A stretch of 64,000 nt of DNA from an uncultured Nitrososphaerales archaeon. Its GTDB lineage: Archaea; Thermoproteota; Nitrososphaeria; Nitrososphaerales; Nitrososphaeraceae. Within the stretch, counting starts at the first letter, position 1, and the number at the start of each line of letters is the position of its first letter. A program made the position numbers and the translations under genes. Positions 20,182 to 31,399 of the stretch are shown in pieces. Where the stretch lies: NCBI GenBank assembly GCA_963713605.1, contig CAVQMO010000001.1, positions 480,001-544,000 on the forward strand, given 5' to 3'. The notes beneath the pieces were generated by a model, which was not told the DNA's origin, did no database searches, and was given only the letters and a program-made list of their open reading frames with translations.

Positions 20182-22071
20182 ATGGCCTCGTCTAGAATCT
20201 GTACCGTCGGGATCTTCATCAGGTGTTCAAACAAAAAGCAAAGCAAAGATCAACTTTAGTAGAAAAGCTGAATCTGAGTTCTTTGTAGATAATTCTGCTT
20301 TAGCAGGGTTTACTGGAGAGCGAATTTTGTATATGGCTATACGCGAGCTCATTGAGAATTCCCTCGATTCATGCGAGGCAGAGCGGATCTTGCCAAAAAT
20401 AGCAGTATCGCTCAAACTGATAGATCCTCTAAATGATTTGTGGTCGATATCATGTGAGGACAATGGGATTGGGATCCGTTCGGATAAGGTCTCTGTAGCT
20501 GTCTGTTCGTTTCTTACCTCCGGTAAGTATGTCGAACAACAGCAACGAGGTTTATTCGGCGTTGGTCTAAAAATGATAGCGAGCATTTTCTACAAAAGAT
20601 ACGGATCATCCTCTTCGAGTATGGTCAAAATCAGCTGAAGAGGCCAGCGAATATTACTTTGAGTTACGCACGGACATTGGTACCAATAAGCCAATAGTAT
20701 TGACAAGGCGTGATACTAAGCCTAAAGAATCTATTCTCAGAGGAAAGTCTGGTTTTCGGATAGAGGCAGTCTTACGAGGACGGCTTTCCCCTATAACCAA
20801 GAATAAGATACATGATTATATAAGTCAGACCAGCATTGTGAATCCCTACGCTGTGATATCATTTTCAACGGATGATGGAAAGATTACATTTGATAAGCGA
20901 ACCACTATCATGCCTGAACCCGCCAAGAAGGTTCTTCCACACCCCGCAGACATGGATTTAAAGACGCTAAAGAAGGCAATTGGGAATCATGCTCTTCAGA
21001 AGACATCAATACAAGGTATATTATGCAATTCCTTTCAAAAGCTGTCATTTGATAAGGCCAAAGAAATTATTAAAAATGCAGGTATTGAAGCAAAACAGGC
21101 TGATAAATATAATGAACATGAGCTTATCAAAATTGTAAATATTTGCAGGCAAACTAAATTTCAATCCCCTAATGTAGACCATTTGAGCCCAATTGGAGAA
21201 CGAATCTTTACAGTCGGAATGACTACTGAGAGAGCTATCCTTACTAAGAAAGAAAACGCGATTTCAGACGACCATCCTACAGCCAAGAATATCAACAAAA
21301 GAGATGAAACCGACACTAACAGGATATTCGTCCCGGGCATGTATAATTAATAACAGACCAACAATAGTAGAATGCGGACTTGCTTACGGAGGTAATCTTT
21401 CTTATTTTAAGCTCTATCGGTTTGCGAACAAGATACCTTTGCTTTATGATGAAGGATCTGATGTAGCTAGGGAAGTAATTTCGGAAGTAGAATTAAACAA
21501 GATGGGTGTATCTAAGAAGCAAGTTAAAGAGCAATTCAGTGGTCTGGATTCTCGATCGGATCGTGCGATAGATCTCCTTCCAATCCACATATTTTTCCAT
21601 ATATGCTCTACAAAAATTCCATACAAGACTGCGGGAAAAGAAAGTATAGCATCTGAAGGTGATTTGAAAAAATATATGAAAGCCTGCCTTAGTGACCTTT
21701 ACAGAAAAGTAAGTAAGCAGATACGACATGAAATGCATTTGAGGGACGCAGAGAACAGGCTTAAACTATACAAGTATTATATACCTTTGATAGTAAATGC
21801 AATTTCTGAATCTATTGACGTTAGCGCTGAGGATCTGACTAACAGCTTTTTGACCTTGGTTGAGAGACATGTGAAGAAGGAAGCCTCTCACCCGCGATCA
21901 CTTAAGGCCAAAGCTGAGAATCACACAGTATTAAAACAGGGGCGTAATATTCGAGGACTGTATAAGAGTTCGAGGTCGACCAAGTCAAGTAAATCTTCGA
22001 AAATGAAGCGTGCGGACAGTACGCAGGAGAAAATCGAGAATTTCATGGCATCTCCGGAGGATTTGGGTTAG
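20182..22071 (+). CDS. top6B: DNA topoisomerase VI subunit B (divergent), about 3 frameshifts (~20190, ~20582, ~21295)
   Basis: GHKL motifs RELIENSLDS, EDNGIGI, QQRGLFGVG; PHP; YRFANKIPLLYD; KIPYKTAGKES. Confidence 0.9.
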
Positions 22072-22073
22072 TC

Positions 22074-23180
22074 ATGGCAGCTATAGACAAACGCCATAAA
22101 GAGACAATAAAAAAGATAAAGTTACTTATGAAGGAAGTTTGCACTGATGTTCTTTCCGAAAATAAAATGCCTTCTCTCGACATAACAAAGATCGGTTATG
22201 ATAACACAGTTTGGTCAGAAGAGAAAAGGATGCTCACTGTAGGAACGAAGACAGTCCACATAAGTCCTGATACGACCAAAAAAATCCCAACCTTTTCACA
22301 GTATATTGTAATGTCCAATGCTGTTAGGAAATTGTTGGATGAGCAAATGGAGAGTACTATTAGAGGAATGTACTACGCGACCCTTAGCACGGTAGGTGAT
22401 GAAGGGAATAAGCAAAAATTCTGGACAAGCCAAGATGCATCAGATGATGCTATCAAAGCCGTAGAATTATTGACTGGAGTTCCACGGGAAGAGTTTTCTG
22501 TTACATCGAAGCCGAAGGGAATGATTTCAGGTCCCATCTTACTACGTGTCGGAGGTGACATAATAGACTGTAACCTCGGAAGTCGCGCAACATCACAATT
22601 GATTCCTACAAATATCATGGATGTAGAAATAGTCGACGTCAAAGCTAGCTTTGTGATGGTTGTTGAGAAAGACACTGTTTTGAATAATATTAGAAAATCT
22701 GGATTTATCCAAAAATACAATGCCATTTTGATGACTGGGTCAGGGGAGCCTGATAGGGCAACAAGAATGATGGTTAAGACCTTAAATGAGGTGTGGAAAA
22801 AACCAGTGGTGATATTTGCAGACGCAGACCCTTGGGGATTAGGGATCGCATTGAGGTACAAAATAGGTAGCGAATCCCTGAGCTACGATAGTGATAGGCT
22901 AGTTACTCCAGATGCAAAGGTACTGGGCATGATGTTTTCTGATATATATGATTATAACATCCCTGAAGTTGCTCGACTAACGGCATCTGAAGAGGATATA
23001 AACAGGGCCAATGACATGAAAAAGAAACAATGGTTAAAGGACAAGAAATGGCAAAAAGAATTGAATCTCTTTCTCAAGAATAAGGAAAAATGTGAACTTG
23101 ATGCTTTCTTTAAACATGGTTTCAGATATTTGGCTGAAACATACCTTCCTCAAAAATTGCGTGAGTCAGGCATCTTGTAA
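22074..23180 (+). CDS. top6A: DNA topoisomerase VI subunit A
   Basis: TIRGMYY (catalytic Tyr), TOPRIM VVEKD, PDRATR, DADPWG, KCELDA. Confidence 0.93.
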   Translation: MAAIDKRHKETIKKIKLLMKEVCTDVLSENKMPSLDITKIGYDNTVWSEEKRMLTVGTKTVHISPDTTKKIPTFSQYIVMSNAVRKLLDEQMESTIRGMYYATLSTVGDEGNKQKFWTSQDASDDAIKAVELLTGVPREEFSVTSKPKGMISGPILLRVGGDIIDCNLGSRATSQLIPTNIMDVEIVDVKASFVMVVEKDTVLNNIRKSGFIQKYNAILMTGSGEPDRATRMMVKTLNEVWKKPVVIFADADPWGLGIALRYKIGSESLSYDSDRLVTPDAKVLGMMFSDIYDYNIPEVARLTASEEDINRANDMKKKQWLKDKKWQKELNLFLKNKEKCELDAFFKHGFRYLAETYLPQKLRESGIL

Positions 23181-23357
23181 AGATCGTGTACAAATAGTTA
23201 GGTTACATCCAGATCAAATCATTTGTTATTCAAACGAATTGAAATCATTCGAAATAGGCAAGAGTTCACCGAATTTAAACGTGCTTCCTAATTCTATATT
23301 TAGTAGAATTCCAAGAGCTAAGTGTTCGAGGTGTCTAAAAATCGCTTATGTGCCAAT

Positions 23358-23398
23358 AACAGCAAATCTCCTTCCTGCTTTGCTTCATATTTGCTGTT
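23358..23398. terminator. 10-bp perfect inverted repeat directly after the lysS stop (possible 3' hairpin)
   Basis: AACAGCAAAT at 23358-23367 and ATTTGCTGTT at 23389-23398. Confidence 0.4.
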
Positions 23399-25060
23399 CT
23401 AGCCTGCCTCGGGTTCATGATATGGCCTTGCGAAAAAGTTATCGAGTTGTTCATAGGTCCATTTGATCCCCATGTCTACTATGTAATTTCCTAACCGTGG
23501 CCCTTTTTCCGCATTAATCAATATCCTATAGAGTATTCTGAAAAATACTTTTGGCTGTAGCCCTATCTTTTGCGCGATCGAGAATATCTCCGATTGAATA
23601 GTAGCAGCAAGTTCGCTCTTATCATCTATAGTTTCCATATTTTTTAGATATTGTATCAGTTCATGCAGAGCCTCTTGTTCTGTATTGGACGCATTTACGT
23701 TTGTACTCATCAGTGTTGTTGATAGATAGTCATTTGACCAGTTCGATGCCAGTTGAATCTTCATAATTAGTGAATCGCTCTTATTCTTTACCAACTTATA
23801 CTTTACCAATCGATCATACACTTTGTTCACCTGTTTTTCATCGTCTCTGAACAAAAGAGCCTGTTGTGCTAGTATTCTGTAAGGAACGTGCAGGGAAGGA
23901 CCGGAGGGAGGTTTGAGTTGGTGAATGTATTCAAAAATCCCTCTTAATTTTGTGCGCTTGGAGGTATTTTCTTCATTAACCGCACCAAAGAAAACATCCT
24001 CTAGGAAATCGTATTCATCCATCAGGTTTGGAACATCATCTATTCCTACATGTCTAGTGCCAGATATGCGTTTGTACAATAATAAGAGAAGAGATTCTGG
24101 AGTTCCGTATCTTAACCAGGTCTGGGGTGTCAAAACGTTTCCCGACGACTTACTAATTTTCTTTCCTCCTTTATCTAGGAACATTTCATACTTAATATGT
24201 GTGGGGTGCGCAAATTGCAAAATCTCGTCTGATATCCAATCATTTATTCTTACCGAATCCAAAATATCCTTCCCATATGCCTCGAATCTGATGTCAAAGG
24301 CCTGCCATCGAGCGGCAAATTCAACTTTCCAAGGTAACTTTCCGTTTCCTTCTTCTAGGTATGTTTCGCCATGGTAACCACAGCCCTCTATGTGAACCTC
24401 TCCTATTCTAGTCCCCTTGCACTCGTATTCTATCAAGCGTTTATCAGAGAAATACTCTCTAGGAGATGCGACGTATACTCTTCCACATTTGTCACAGATT
24501 GGAAAGTACGGAAGGGACCGCACATACTTTTCCTGTCCAACAATTTTGGCTATACTCTTTCCGATCCTATCATGATTCTTGAGAATCATGTCGATCTGGT
24601 TTACGAGAAGCCCGCGTTTGTAAGTCGATTCGCCGCTAACATGAATATACTTTATTCCAAGCCGATCCAAGGAGTCAAGTAATAGCCCTGTCATATGCGC
24701 ACCATATGATGAGTGACAAGATCCGAATGGATCAGGGATGCTCGAAACTGGCTTTGCAATGTATGAGTCTAAATCCTTCGATAACCCAGAAGGCACCTTA
24801 CGAAGCCCATCCATATCATCCGAATAAGCCAAAAGCTGCGCGTCATAACCCATATTTTTCAATGCAACCGCGATCCCGTACACTCTTACAGCATCCCCTA
24901 AACTCCCCAAATGGGGAATTCCCGATGCACCGAGGCCACTCTCAACTCTGATTGTGGAAAGGCTTCTGTTTAACTTTCTTTCTCTCTCAATCAACTCATA
25001 CGCAACTTTGTCAAGCCAAGTTCCTTTTCCTATGACTGCGTCAGAATTCAATAAATTCAC
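23399..25060 (-). CDS. lysS: Class I lysyl-tRNA synthetase
   Basis: [31 protein letters not shown]. Confidence 0.96.
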   Translation of the reverse strand: MNLLNSDAVIGKGTWLDKVAYELIERERKLNRSLSTIRVESGLGASGIPHLGSLGDAVRVYGIAVALKNMGYDAQLLAYSDDMDGLRKVPSGLSKDLDSYIAKPVSSIPDPFGSCHSSYGAHMTGLLLDSLDRLGIKYIHVSGESTYKRGLLVNQIDMILKNHDRIGKSIAKIVGQEKYVRSLPYFPICDKCGRVYVASPREYFSDKRLIEYECKGTRIGEVHIEGCGYHGETYLEEGNGKLPWKVEFAARWQAFDIRFEAYGKDILDSVRINDWISDEILQFAHPTHIKYEMFLDKGGKKISKSSGNVLTPQTWLRYGTPESLLLLLYKRISGTRHVGIDDVPNLMDEYDFLEDVFFGAVNEENTSKRTKLRGIFEYIHQLKPPSGPSLHVPYRILAQQALLFRDDEKQVNKVYDRLVKYKLVKNKSDSLIMKIQLASNWSNDYLSTTLMSTNVNASNTEQEALHELIQYLKNMETIDDKSELAATIQSEIFSIAQKIGLQPKVFFRILYRILINAEKGPRLGNYIVDMGIKWTYEQLDNFFARPYHEPEAG

Positions 25061-26712
25061 TTTAGTAATTTGGTAACATAATTTCCGTTCCGTTCATAAC
25101 CCAGTTTTTCGTAGTATTTTCTTGTTCCTACAGCACTAATCACTGATAAGGCGTCTACACCGAACTCGCATTTACTATTTGCTCAGCCTCGGCCATTAGC
25201 AATCTCCCTAGACCTCTATGCTGCCAAGACAGATTATTTGCTTTTCTTCCAACCCTAAGCGTCTGGCCATAAACGTGGAGTTCTCTTACAATAGCTACAA
25301 CTTGAGTGCGGTTATCGTGGCGTACATATGAATGAAGCTCAGATTCAACGGATCCAGTAACCTTTCTCAACCTCAGGAAACCCAATAATGCTGATCCATC
25401 GTCTGTTTCATAAGACAAGAAAACTTCTTGCCCTCCTGCCGCCTTGTAATCCAATCTAAATAACCGAAAGGATCGATGATCAATACTGCCTTTCGACCTT
25501 AATCCTATCTCTCTGCATCTGATGCACTTACATGTATACCCTTCTGAGTACAATCTTTCTAAGGCTATTTGTCTGAGGTTACCCTCTTTAGGACCAGCTA
25601 TTATATCCTTTGTTTCTATCTCCCTTTGGATCCTCATAATCCGGACCCAAGGAGGAATTTTCTTTTTCAATTCAACAAGTATTTTTACTATCTCCTCATC
25701 AGAACATGGGATAAACCGCCCACTACAATACATCTTATGCAATCCTGTATTTTTTACGTACTAGCGTAGGGTATATTTTTAGCATGTCAGGTCTGTAAAG
25801 AGGATCGTACATAAGCCGCTGTAAGTCTTCTAGGTCTTTTTTAGGAGATGAGCCGGGTAGACCTGGCATCATATGTGCAACTATTTTTAATCCTGCATTT
25901 CTAGCAATACTGAATGCTTCTATTACATCATCCATGTTATGCCCTCGGTTAGTCAGCCTGAAAACTTCATTTCGTAGCGACTGAACACCGATTTCTACTC
26001 TTGTTGCCCCTAGACTTAGCATCATCTCGATATGGCTCCGCTTGCAGTAATCAGGTTTAGTCTCGATTGTTAGCCCGACACATTTGTGATTTGATATTTC
26101 GTTGACGCTCATAGCCTCTTGAAGGTTGGATGAGGGTTCTGTCTTCAAATCACAATTGAGCGCATCATAACAAGCCTTTGCAAAATCCTGCTGATACTTT
26201 TTCATCATAAAAGGAAAAGTCCCACCTATTATGATTAATTCTATTTTGCCTGTATCATGACCATTTATCTCAAGGGTATTCAATTTAGTGGTTATCTGTT
26301 CAAAGGGATCGTATCCATGAGCTTGAGCAATTTTCGTGGCAGGTTCCGACCCTACATAACTCAAAGGAGTGTTGAACTCAACCCCACCTGGACAATAAAT
26401 ACATCTCCCTTGAGGACATGGGTGGGGTGTTGCCATTACAGTTACGATAGTAACACCTGATGCTGTTTTTACAGGTCTTATCTTCAAAGTGTTCCTCCAG
26501 GAACAGTTCTCTGGCAAATATTTCATAAAATCGTGGCGACGAGGGAGGTGTTTCAGATGAAACTCTGACGAAACTTCACTTAAAATAGTTGATACAATGG
26601 GTAATCTGGATTCATCCAGTTCGCATATTCTTCTTGCGATTTCCTTGCAGGCCAGATTATACTGAAATGAAATTTCTGCACCTGAGATTCCGACTAATTT
26701 CGACGCGGTCAT
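25057..26712 (-). CDS. elp3: Elp3 radical-SAM/KAT tRNA U34 acetyltransferase, frameshifts near 25750 and 25172
   Basis: [37 protein letters not shown]-terminal [15 protein letters not shown] lies in the shifted frame ending at 25057. Confidence 0.92.
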
Positions 26713-26849
26713 GAGTGGTGTAACAAATTATTCCACTATAGGAATATTAATTGTTGTTTCAGTTGAAACCTTGTTCAACTTTGGCCCTTCGGAACCGGAG
26801 GCCGAAGGTTTCTCAATTTCATCGAAGTCTTTTGTCTTTGTTATGAACT

Positions 26850-27885
26850 TCACATGAAACTTCTCCAGTACCCGGGCTTCTCTATGATACCGACTTTGGA
26901 GGTTCTCATCCCATACTTGTCGAAGGTTGAAACTATAGTTTCAGCGGAAGCACGTGGTGCGATTATGCACAAGCCGATTCCCATATTAAACGTCTTATAC
27001 ATTTCAGCAAATCCTATCTTCCCTTTAACCTGTATCAATCTGAAAATTTCTGGCGGACTAGGCATACTATTTAATCGAAAGTTGACCTTATCGTTGATTC
27101 TACGTAGTTTGGTAAAAGAACCACCTGTAATATGTGCTATGCCGTGGACCTCGACTCCAGCACTGAACAAATCGATCATCGGCCTAACGTAAATTCGCGT
27201 AGGTGTGAGCAGCTCATCGCCCAAAGATCTTTCTAAATTTCCTATGTTTTTATGAAGATCGTACTTTGACAAAACTCTCCTCGCCAAAGTGAAACCATTA
27301 GAATGTAGGCCACTACTTCCTACTCCCAATATGATATCTCCTTTCACAATCCTATTTCCTAAAACAAGTTCCGATTTTTTTTCGACAAATCCTATTGCTG
27401 TTCCGGAGAGTTCGATAGAATTCTTATTATGACCATTTGATAGCAATCCCGGTACTACCGCCGTTTCACCACCTATGATTGCAACCCCTGCTTCTGTTGC
27501 CCCCTTTACGAGGCCGGCAGGCAATTGTACCAAGCGTATGGGGATCTGGTTTCGCCGTGGCAATATAGTCGACGAAGGCAAAAGGGGCACTCCCCACACA
27601 GATAATGTCATTTACGTTCATAGCTACACAATCTATACCAACTGTGCTGAAATCGTTCATCGCTTGGGCAATTAATAATTTCGTACCTACGCCGTCGCAA
27701 TGAAGAGCCAATACGCATGATCCAATATCAACCAAACCGGCATAATGACCAAAACCGGACAATACTCGTCCTTTGTTTGTATTCTTGTGAGTCCGTTGTA
27801 TACTCCGGCCTATCAGTCGGTGTACAAGATCTATCTGCTTGATATTTACTCCAGACTCTGAGTATGTCAGTCCTTTACGACGCAT
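26850..27885 (-). CDS. purM: AIR synthetase, frameshift near 27520; true end may be 26819 after a second slip
   Basis: TYSESGVNI, DGVGTK, AMNVND, GGETA, SSGLHSNG, HITGG, TFNMGIG. Confidence 0.93.
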
Positions 27886-27947
27886 TCAAAAGTCTATAAT
27901 TAGGAACTCTTATTAAGTTTGAGATACCCCTATATTCTTGCAACTTT

Positions 27948-28664
27948 TTAGCCAGTTTGATTAGCTCTTCCTTCTCCCTCTGGGATAGTTAAATTTTGGA
28001 GAGGATACAATTTAGTCACTCCTATGACAAAAGTGCTTGTGTTAGGTAGAACAACTCTTTCACCACTAGTATTAAATAGTACTATGTCTGTAATCACTGA
28101 CGTATTTTTATTACTTGTAGAGTTTTGCTGAATCTCAAAGTTATAAAGACACATGTATCCAGGCCTGGAAAGATCTTTCTCCATACTCAAGTTGGCAGGC
28201 TGTAATTTTGGTATTTGACCTATCATTACTCTTAGCTGGGTACTATTATCATAATCACAAGGAAGTTTGGCGGATAAGGATCCCTCTGCTATAGCGAAAG
28301 GATAGGTGTCGTAAAGGTGAATAAAATCCTTTGCCGGTATTATTTGATGTGATAGTATTATATTCTCTCCTTGCGAGTATGAGCCTGCCTCACTACGTTC
28401 GACATTCGTGTCGGAGGTGTTGGTGTTTCTTACCTCATCAAGAACTGAATCCATCAAATTGCTTGGGGATCCGAAGGACTCTAGCAATTCCACTGGATCA
28501 CTTGCCATGTCTGGAGACCTGAGATTAGTTCCATCACTTGATTGCACTAGAGCATTGAAAGTTAGGTCGGTTTTAGTATCTAATAAGGGAACAAGCGAGA
28601 GAATTAATATACTAAATACAAGGAGCGCAATAATATGTCGAACGCAAGATTTTAAATTATGCAT
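27948..28664 (-). CDS. Hypothetical secreted or membrane-anchored protein
   Basis: N-terminal hydrophobic helix, acidic Ser/Thr linker, beta-rich domain with two Cys (KLPCD, YMCLY). Confidence 0.75.
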   Translation of the reverse strand: MHNLKSCVRHIIALLVFSILILSLVPLLDTKTDLTFNALVQSSDGTNLRSPDMASDPVELLESFGSPSNLMDSVLDEVRNTNTSDTNVERSEAGSYSQGENIILSHQIIPAKDFIHLYDTYPFAIAEGSLSAKLPCDYDNSTQLRVMIGQIPKLQPANLSMEKDLSRPGYMCLYNFEIQQNSTSNKNTSVITDIVLFNTSGERVVLPNTSTFVIGVTKLYPLQNLTIPEGEGRANQTG

Positions 28665-29215
28665 GTGTCAAAACGTGAAACTTTCTACAAAAGACGCGAT
28701 GTCATTTTTTGTTGATTATTGCATGATCCCATTTAACTCGTGTGCAGCTATCAGTTCTGACCTATCAAGGAGAAACTCCTCTTCGAAATTGTTTCGGTAT
28801 ATTTTGATGCAAAACGATATCTAGGCGTGCGAAAGAAGTTTCGAAGCTGCACACTTCACCGTCTTTCATAGCTAGTCATGAGGATGTTATATCAATTTTG
28901 ACTTCACGTCCAGTAGACGAAAATCAAGAATTCATGTTCGTGTTTGGGAATTGGGACGCATCTAAAGGTCGTTTGAACATGTCAATATTGCTTAAATCCG
29001 GTTCAGAGACGGTGTGCGTTGTTCTCTACAGGGGAGTCTGACGGAAGTTATATAGGTATTAGTATATAATCTCGTCAATTTGAATGATTATCGAGGATGC
29101 AGGATATGTGGATGTAGCGAGCATAGATGGATAGGGTGTATAATACATTGGATGAACCACACTAAGAGGAGAGACGGAGTTTGTGCTCAAAAGGACTCAT
29201 AGGAATTGAGAATGA

Positions 29216-29833
29216 TTACTTGATTTCGTATAATGCTATTGACAGTTTTACGGCAAACCTTTCGTCAGTAGCTTGAGCGATCGGAATCACATATTTTTCG
29301 GTTTCTTCCTTATACCTAGATGCCCTTTCACGCTGACTGACAGTTCTCAAAAACCTGGCGTTGTCTAGTCTGTCTGCTAACATTATATATCGAGTAATCT
29401 TGGAACTAGACGCAATTTTCTCAAAATAGTGTTGTAAATATTCAGCTTTTCTATCCTCCGGGCTATTGCGTGATAGTGTAAAAATGATATCGCCTATGTT
29501 CTCACCAAAGTCTGCCAACAACCTTGTCGAGTCGTATGATGGAATTCTTGTCTTTTCGAAGACATCATGCAGAAGAGCCGCACATAATGCATTGATATCT
29601 CTACAACGGATCTCTTCACTTAGGATAAGTGACACTCTTAGGCAATGATTAATGTATGGATCATTTTTATTGGTATTTCTCGAAAGTCCAGCGTGTATAT
29701 TGAATGCTACACTGAACGCTCTTGTTAACTTATACAAGTCATCAGGAGAATTTTCAAAGGGCTTCATTAATGTAGACAAGCCTGTCTTCGTAAATTCATT
29801 CAAGCAATTATCTATAATCATGTAACTACTCAA
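29216..29833 (-). CDS. HD-domain phosphohydrolase, Mesh1/(p)ppGpp-hydrolase-like
   Basis: HAGLSR, PYINH, AALLHDVFE, LADRLDN. Confidence 0.85.
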   Translation of the reverse strand: MSSYMIIDNCLNEFTKTGLSTLMKPFENSPDDLYKLTRAFSVAFNIHAGLSRNTNKNDPYINHCLRVSLILSEEIRCRDINALCAALLHDVFEKTRIPSYDSTRLLADFGENIGDIIFTLSRNSPEDRKAEYLQHYFEKIASSSKITRYIMLADRLDNARFLRTVSQRERASRYKEETEKYVIPIAQATDERFAVKLSIALYEIK

Positions 29834-29913
29834 ATATCAACCCCTTATGATATTATCGTTGTTGTTGAAAACCACTAACAGCTATGCTTGTAACAATACC
29901 TTGTGTCGTCGTT

Positions 29914-29946
29914 CAAAATTGGTGCATCGTGCAAAATTGGTGCATC
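29914..29946. repeat. 15-bp direct repeat CAAAATTGGTGCATC x2, period 18
   Basis: Copies at 29914-29928 and 29932-29946. Confidence 0.9.
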
Positions 29947-29979
29947 AGAAGGTATATTCTTGGACATGAAAGCAATAAG

Positions 29980-30639
29980 CTATTCTGATTTTGCTTTAGC
30001 GAGTTCTTCAAATGCCTCATCTAGCACCGTCAGGACGCTACTTCGAAATTGGGAAAATCTATTATCTTCTGTCAACAAACTCAACATTTTATCTTCTTCA
30101 TGATTCAATTGGCCTGTATGATGATCTCTCTCCTTGGAAATGCCCTTGTAGCGGGAATAAAGTCGCGTTAACCTGATCCCTAAACAAAACGCGAATACTT
30201 TGAGGTCTAAGTCAAGTATTTTCAAATACCTGTCTCTATCTTCTGAAATCTTTGATGATTTTATGGTCTCGATGGTACGTTTTGACGTAACGCAGCATTT
30301 ATGCAAATAATCTGAGATTATGATTCCGGCTTGTGGACTCCAATTTTTGACGGTATTCTCTTCAAAGTATTGGAACAACAACAGCCGCAAAATAACATTT
30401 TCGCGGTATTTCGAGAGTAACATACCAGAAAAAACCTGATTGTCGCTCAGAATGTAAAATAATCCACAAGTGGTCAATAAGTAGTTTCGGTCGCCTCTTC
30501 TAAGCCTCTTTCCATGAAACACCGCGATGAGATTACGGTCGACGAGAGCAGTAAGTAGCCTTTCATCCTCAGCGCTAAACGGTAGCTGCTTCTTGAACCA
30601 CAACGAATGTATCCCTTCATTCTTATAAGAAAGCTCCAT
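29980..30639 (-). CDS. Hypothetical protein; true start may be 30727 via a +1 slip
   Basis: 219-aa ORF; frame stays open upstream to ~30723. Confidence 0.7.
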   Translation of the reverse strand: MELSYKNEGIHSLWFKKQLPFSAEDERLLTALVDRNLIAVFHGKRLRRGDRNYLLTTCGLFYILSDNQVFSGMLLSKYRENVILRLLLFQYFEENTVKNWSPQAGIIISDYLHKCCVTSKRTIETIKSSKISEDRDRYLKILDLDLKVFAFCLGIRLTRLYSRYKGISKERDHHTGQLNHEEDKMLSLLTEDNRFSQFRSSVLTVLDEAFEELAKAKSE

Positions 30640-30793
30640 GAGTCTTAGTAAAGAAGTTTTTTCCTGACCCTTTAACTCAGCCAGAGTACAAGTGATTAGT
30701 TCGGATATGTACTCAGCATAGACTCATGTTATCCGAACTTATACAACTGGAGTTGTTATATATAGCGATCTTGTAACCCTTATTTGCAAAAAT

Positions 30794-30931
30794 CTAATAT
30801 GCATGAAGTTGAGATTTGTGCGATTTGAGCTTTCTAAAGGTAGAAAATGTACCATCACATTTGTCGCATCTCCACTGATTCGCTCTTGCATCTTTATATC
30901 GAATATGGTTCTCTGATTCCGTATTATACAT
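30794..30931 (-). CDS. Small C2H2 zinc-finger protein (45 aa)
   Basis: CDKCDGTFSTFRKLKSHKSQLH matches C-x2-C-x3-F-x5-L-x2-H-x4-H. Confidence 0.75.
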   Translation of the reverse strand: MYNTESENHIRYKDARANQWRCDKCDGTFSTFRKLKSHKSQLHAY

Positions 30932-31399
30932 GCCTATCTGTACATCGTAATTTATTGGATTGTAATTTATCCTATACTTTAGCTTTGCAAGATTGACCCT
31001 CAACGACGAATGCGTAAAGATGCAAGATTTAAGGATGGTTGTTAAATTAGTGTTTACATTTGCAAAATGATATTTAGCATGACAGAAGATCATTCAAAAC
31101 CAATATAGGTATAAATAACATCTGGATCAGGCAGAATCCTCATTTTTAACAAAAAGCTTCCAAATTATGGTAGCTACTCCCGACTGTAGTCGCCCTGTTT
31201 ATCAATTGGTGAGCGACGCTAATATTTGGCTGCGTTTCTCGCCAGCGTTGCTATGTGATAATCCTCAATGTTAGACCACCCATAGCTTCTCGAAATCCAG
31301 ATATAACTGTGACTTTGAAATATCTGTCATATGGAAGATGGAACTTCTTCGACGCAGAATACTGTCCCCTTCCCGACATTGACAATATTATACTTGCCA

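Noticed and set aside
23092..23466. 124-aa ORF bridging top6A and lysS
   Set aside because: Overlaps both genes; its single CxxC is not enough support
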